Assembly (NCBI GenBank): GCA_963796455.1 | Contig: CAWCLO010000004.1 | Coordinates: 928,001-992,000 of the forward strand | Direction: 5' to 3' | DNA from: Candidatus Sulfomarinibacteraceae bacterium | GTDB lineage: Bacteria; Acidobacteriota; Thermoanaerobaculia; Thermoanaerobaculales; Sulfomarinibacteraceae | Length of the DNA: 64,000 nucleotides | Part shown: positions 60,727 through 64,000 of the stretch, in pieces | Position numbering within the stretch: position 1 is the first letter of the stretch | How the letters are laid out: each line of letters begins with the position of its first letter | Position numbers and translations under genes: made by a program | The notes under the pieces: generated by a model | Seen by the model: the letters and a program-made list of their open reading frames with translations, nothing else | Databases searched by the model: none | What the model was told of the DNA's origin: nothing

Positions 60727-60805
60727 AACAGACCGAATTGTCAAAAAATTGTCGAAGATCGACGACAACTGCGGCGGTCCCTCGCCCCGACGGTAGGATG
60801 GACCC

Positions 60806-61582
60806 ATGATTTCGGAGATGGATTCCAAAGATTTGCTCCACCTCGTATCCAACAAAAAGTTGGATGAACTCGAGGTACTGCAGGTACTTCGATCTCCATA
60901 TTGCACGTTGCAGATTGCTGAAATATTGGCCGCCGACGCAAAATCCCTCGATGGCCACGTGGTCCGCGAACGACTGGCTGGATTTCCCGGGTTCAATCTT
61001 GCCCGGGCCATGGATCTGCTCGGTTCACTGCCGTGGACCTCCTTGCTTTCTCTGGCACAAACCGCAAAAACACCGCCGGTGGTCCGTCGTCAGGCCGAGC
61101 GCAAGATCATGTTGCAACTGCCGAATATGTCGCTGGGTGAAAAGGTCGCGTTGGCGCGACGCGCGCACCGGGCCTTGTTGAGCCCTTTGATCTCTCACGC
61201 CGACGGCAAGGTTCTGTCGGCTCTGCTCAACAACCCCAGGTTGGTGGAAAACGACATTCTGGTGATGGTCAACACCGCCGAACCGCCGCCCGAATTCTTC
61301 GCTGAGCTTGCCAGGCATCACAAATGGGGACAGTATTTCCGAGTTCGACGGGCCCTCGTAGAATGCCCGGCCACACCCTATCCACTGGCATTGAGTGTTC
61401 TTGTTCAACTGCCTCAGGCCGAACTTCGACGGGCTTTGAATCGCCCGGATCTTCCCGACAACGTTCGCTCGGCCGTGGCCTCGCTGCTCGAACGCGAGGC
61501 CCAAGGTCTCCGAAGGGTGGTAGAATCCAGGCGTGATGTCCGCAATGGAGGGGGCGCCCAACCATCCGAAGACCTTCGGTGA
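60806..61582 (+). CDS. hypothetical alpha-helical protein, paralog of 62350-63423
   Basis: 'MSLGEKVALAR...ALLNNPRLVENDI...KW...VRRALVECPATP'. Confidence 0.7.
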   Translation: MISEMDSKDLLHLVSNKKLDELEVLQVLRSPYCTLQIAEILAADAKSLDGHVVRERLAGFPGFNLARAMDLLGSLPWTSLLSLAQTAKTPPVVRRQAERKIMLQLPNMSLGEKVALARRAHRALLSPLISHADGKVLSALLNNPRLVENDILVMVNTAEPPPEFFAELARHHKWGQYFRVRRALVECPATPYPLALSVLVQLPQAELRRALNRPDLPDNVRSAVASLLEREAQGLRRVVESRRDVRNGGGAQPSEDLR

Positions 61583-62357
61583 GGAGCTGCAGAGACTTCG
61601 CCAGGGTGCCGGAATGAGTTTGGAGGATATCGCTGCCGAAACCAAGATTTCGCGGCAGATTTTGTCGAGCCTTGAAAGCGGCGATTTCAGATACCTGCCG
61701 CAAAAAGTTTTCTGCCGCAATTTCGTCAATCAATACGCCATCGTCGTCGGTGCAGACCCCTACCAGTTGACCGAGGCCTTTGACGGGGCCTGGAATCGTT
61801 TTCTGCTCGCCTCCGGCGCTCACCCGGGCCTGGTGGACGAAGAGACGCCTTTTGTTCGCACGGTTCGGTGGCGCTTCTGGGTGCCGGTGCTGATTGCCGG
61901 TGCGATTCTGGTGGCAGCCGCGGTGGTGATCTGGAGAAGCTCCGCCCCCGACCAGCAGATCGGAGGCGGTTCCAGCATACCGGCGACGCCGACATCGATC
62001 CCTCCGGCCCCGATCATGAATGTTCAACGTCCATCTCCCGGTATCGTGGAAGACGAAGCGTTGCTCGAAGCGGACGATATGTTGTCGATTGTTGTTCGGG
62101 TCGAAGCAGAAATGGAGTGCTGGATCCACTATCGGGACCGCGACGGGGTGGCGGGAGGCAAACTGCTTGCCGGCGGGACCGAAGAGACTCTCGAAATCAT
62201 CGGGCCGGTCAAACTCACCATCGGTGATGCCAGTGCGGTCGTCCTTGAAATTGGCGGCGCAACCTACCGCAATCTCGGTCGGCCCGGTCAGGTGGTTCAT
62301 ACCGAAGTCAGTAATGATGGTTTGAGGGTGCTAGGATCGAGGGCACTCGATGAATGA
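61536..62357 (+). CDS. rodZ: RodZ-like HTH + TM + DUF4115 protein
   Basis: 'GEELQRLRQ..GMSLEDIA.ETKI....L..LESG', 'F...YA', TM helix, 'CWI', 'IGDA'. Confidence 0.8.
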   Translation: MSAMEGAPNHPKTFGEELQRLRQGAGMSLEDIAAETKISRQILSSLESGDFRYLPQKVFCRNFVNQYAIVVGADPYQLTEAFDGAWNRFLLASGAHPGLVDEETPFVRTVRWRFWVPVLIAGAILVAAAVVIWRSSAPDQQIGGGSSIPATPTSIPPAPIMNVQRPSPGIVEDEALLEADDMLSIVVRVEAEMECWIHYRDRDGVAGGKLLAGGTEETLEIIGPVKLTIGDASAVVLEIGGATYRNLGRPGQVVHTEVSNDGLRVLGSRALDE

Positions 62358-63423
62358 ACACAATGTCACCGCGGGTGCCGACCTGATCGAAGGTGTCGTC
62401 AAGGGGATGGTGCCCCGACAGGTGAGGCTCTTCGCGGCCCAGGGACTGTTGCCGGTCACCCGTGAAGAACTACTCAGTCTTCAGGTGCTGCTTTCGGCCG
62501 ACCCGGATAAAGAGCTTGCAGAGGTGGCGTCCGCGTCGTTGAAGGCGGAGGAAGAGCGAACGATTATTTCCTGGATCCGTTCGAGCCCTCCGGATCCTCT
62601 GGTCCTCGATCTCTTGATTCGGGTCCGTAACGATGAGAGCATCTGGGCGGTGGTTGCACAATCGGCAAAGGTTTCCGACCAGACGCTGAGAGTCATGGCC
62701 CGAAATGCAACGCCGCTGATTCAGGACATCGTTATTACCAACCAGGTTCGGGTGCTGGGATGCCTCGATATCCTCGACGATCTGCGGGAAAATCCTCAGA
62801 TCAACCAGGTGATCATGCGCCGGGTCCGGGAGTTCGAGGAAGAGTTCATCCAGAAAGTGCTTGCCCAGGAGGAAGCGCTCAACGCGGCCGGTCCGAGCGT
62901 CCAAGACGCGTTGGAAGCGTTGCGCGCGATCGGTGCGCACATTCCCGCTCTGGATACGCTTCCGTATCCGACCAACGAGGATCCGTCACTCGACGAAGCA
63001 GTCAAAAAATCCGCAAATACGGACACCCATGCTCGGCTCCTCAAGATGAGCGTCCACGAACGAATTATCTGCGCCCTGCGGGGAACATCGGAAGAACGTA
63101 CGATCTTGATCAATAGCCGGAACCGGCTGATCCAACGATCGGTCCTAGCCTGTCCAAAATTGACGGACAACGAGGTCGAACGATTTGCCTCGTCAAGAAG
63201 CGTGGCGGAAGAAGTCATCCACGCGATCTCGGAAAACCGCCGTTGGATGCGGTTGTACCCGGTGGCTGTGGCGCTGGCCCTCAACCCGAAGACTCCGGTC
63301 TACGCGGTGAAACAGGTGATCGCCCGGCTCAACCATCGCGACAAGATCAGAGTGTCGCGCGACCGGAATCTCAGCCCGATCACCCGCCAGATCGCTCAGA
63401 AATTGAGCGACACCAGAAGGTGA
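62350..63423 (+). CDS. hypothetical alpha-helical protein
   Basis: 'AAQGLLP', 'MSVHERI..ALRG..EER..LI', 'PKLTDNEV', 'LALNPKTP'. Confidence 0.75.
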   Translation: MNEHNVTAGADLIEGVVKGMVPRQVRLFAAQGLLPVTREELLSLQVLLSADPDKELAEVASASLKAEEERTIISWIRSSPPDPLVLDLLIRVRNDESIWAVVAQSAKVSDQTLRVMARNATPLIQDIVITNQVRVLGCLDILDDLRENPQINQVIMRRVREFEEEFIQKVLAQEEALNAAGPSVQDALEALRAIGAHIPALDTLPYPTNEDPSLDEAVKKSANTDTHARLLKMSVHERIICALRGTSEERTILINSRNRLIQRSVLACPKLTDNEVERFASSRSVAEEVIHAISENRRWMRLYPVAVALALNPKTPVYAVKQVIARLNHRDKIRVSRDRNLSPITRQIAQKLSDTRR

Positions 63424-63521
63424 AATCCACGTCTGCAACTCCATCTCAGGTACTCGCCCGTGCGTTGCGAAGGTACCGTGATCGTGGTAATTTCGGTCTA
63501 ATGTGGGTGGAGTGATCGAGA

Positions 63522-64000
63522 ATGCGCCACAAAGTCACTTTGTATGACACCCTGGGTCTGGAGCGCGACGCAACGGACCAGGAGATACGAGATGCGTTTC
63601 GCAAGCTCGCGATGAAGCACCACCCTGACCGCTTCTCCGGGCCAAAGCGAGACGAGGCGGAAGTGCGTTTCCAGGTCATCACTGAAGCGTTCAACGTGCT
63701 CAGTCATCCAGACAGCCGCGAGAAGTACGACAAGGAGTTCGCCAAGGGAACCGAAAGCAAGGCGATGGACCCGAAGGAAATCGCCCGGCGGCTGACCGCA
63801 AAAGGTTCACAGGATATGAGGGAGGGAAATTGGGCGGAAGCACTGGAAAACCTCAAACACGCCATCGATCACGATGATGAGAGTGCTCGTGCCCATTTCT
63901 TTTATGGACAGGCGCTGGGAAGGATCCCATCAAAAATTCGAGATGCCCTGCGCCATGTCGAGCGTGCCGCGACCCTCGAGCCCTCGAACGCAACAATGCG
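63522..64000 (+). CDS. DnaJ-domain + TPR protein; runs off the right edge
   Basis: MRHKVTLYDTLGL...FRKLAMKHHPDR...EAFNVLS...REKYD, then TPR-like helices. Confidence 0.88.
   Translation, partial: MRHKVTLYDTLGLERDATDQEIRDAFRKLAMKHHPDRFSGPKRDEAEVRFQVITEAFNVLSHPDSREKYDKEFAKGTESKAMDPKEIARRLTAKGSQDMREGNWAEALENLKHAIDHDDESARAHFFYGQALGRIPSKIRDALRHVERAATLEPSNATM

Overview
GC-rich, gene-dense bacterial chromosomal window, mostly + strand. Gene content is Gram-negative (lpxB, lpxH) and looks Acidobacteriota-like; that assignment is inference only. Housekeeping genes include rnpB, ldcA, recG, serA-like/serC, lpxH, aroA, trmJ, cmk-rpsA-ihfB, lpxB, rimO, ribF and rodZ. There are also several secreted peptidases, an sxtI/J/K-like carbamoyltransferase trio and REP-like intergenic repeat clusters. 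No tRNA, rRNA, CRISPR array or transposase was seen. Best candidates for something new: (1) a ~79-nt minus-strand small RNA (40206->40128) with a consensus sigma-54 promoter, an anti-Shine-Dalgarno CU-rich tract and an intrinsic terminator, directly downstream of a 1279-aa sigma-54 activator; (2) a secreted DUF1573-like protein with in-frame UGA in place of the Cys of its SCGC motif plus a SECIS-like hairpin (candidate selenoprotein); (3) a glutamate-cysteine-ligase/M20-amidohydrolase fusion next to a PLP aminotransferase. Other points: a probable CTG start for recG, many apparently leaderless genes, a degenerate MurB homolog, an FNR-type box at about -41.5, and several 1-2 nt frameshifts that are probably assembly errors.
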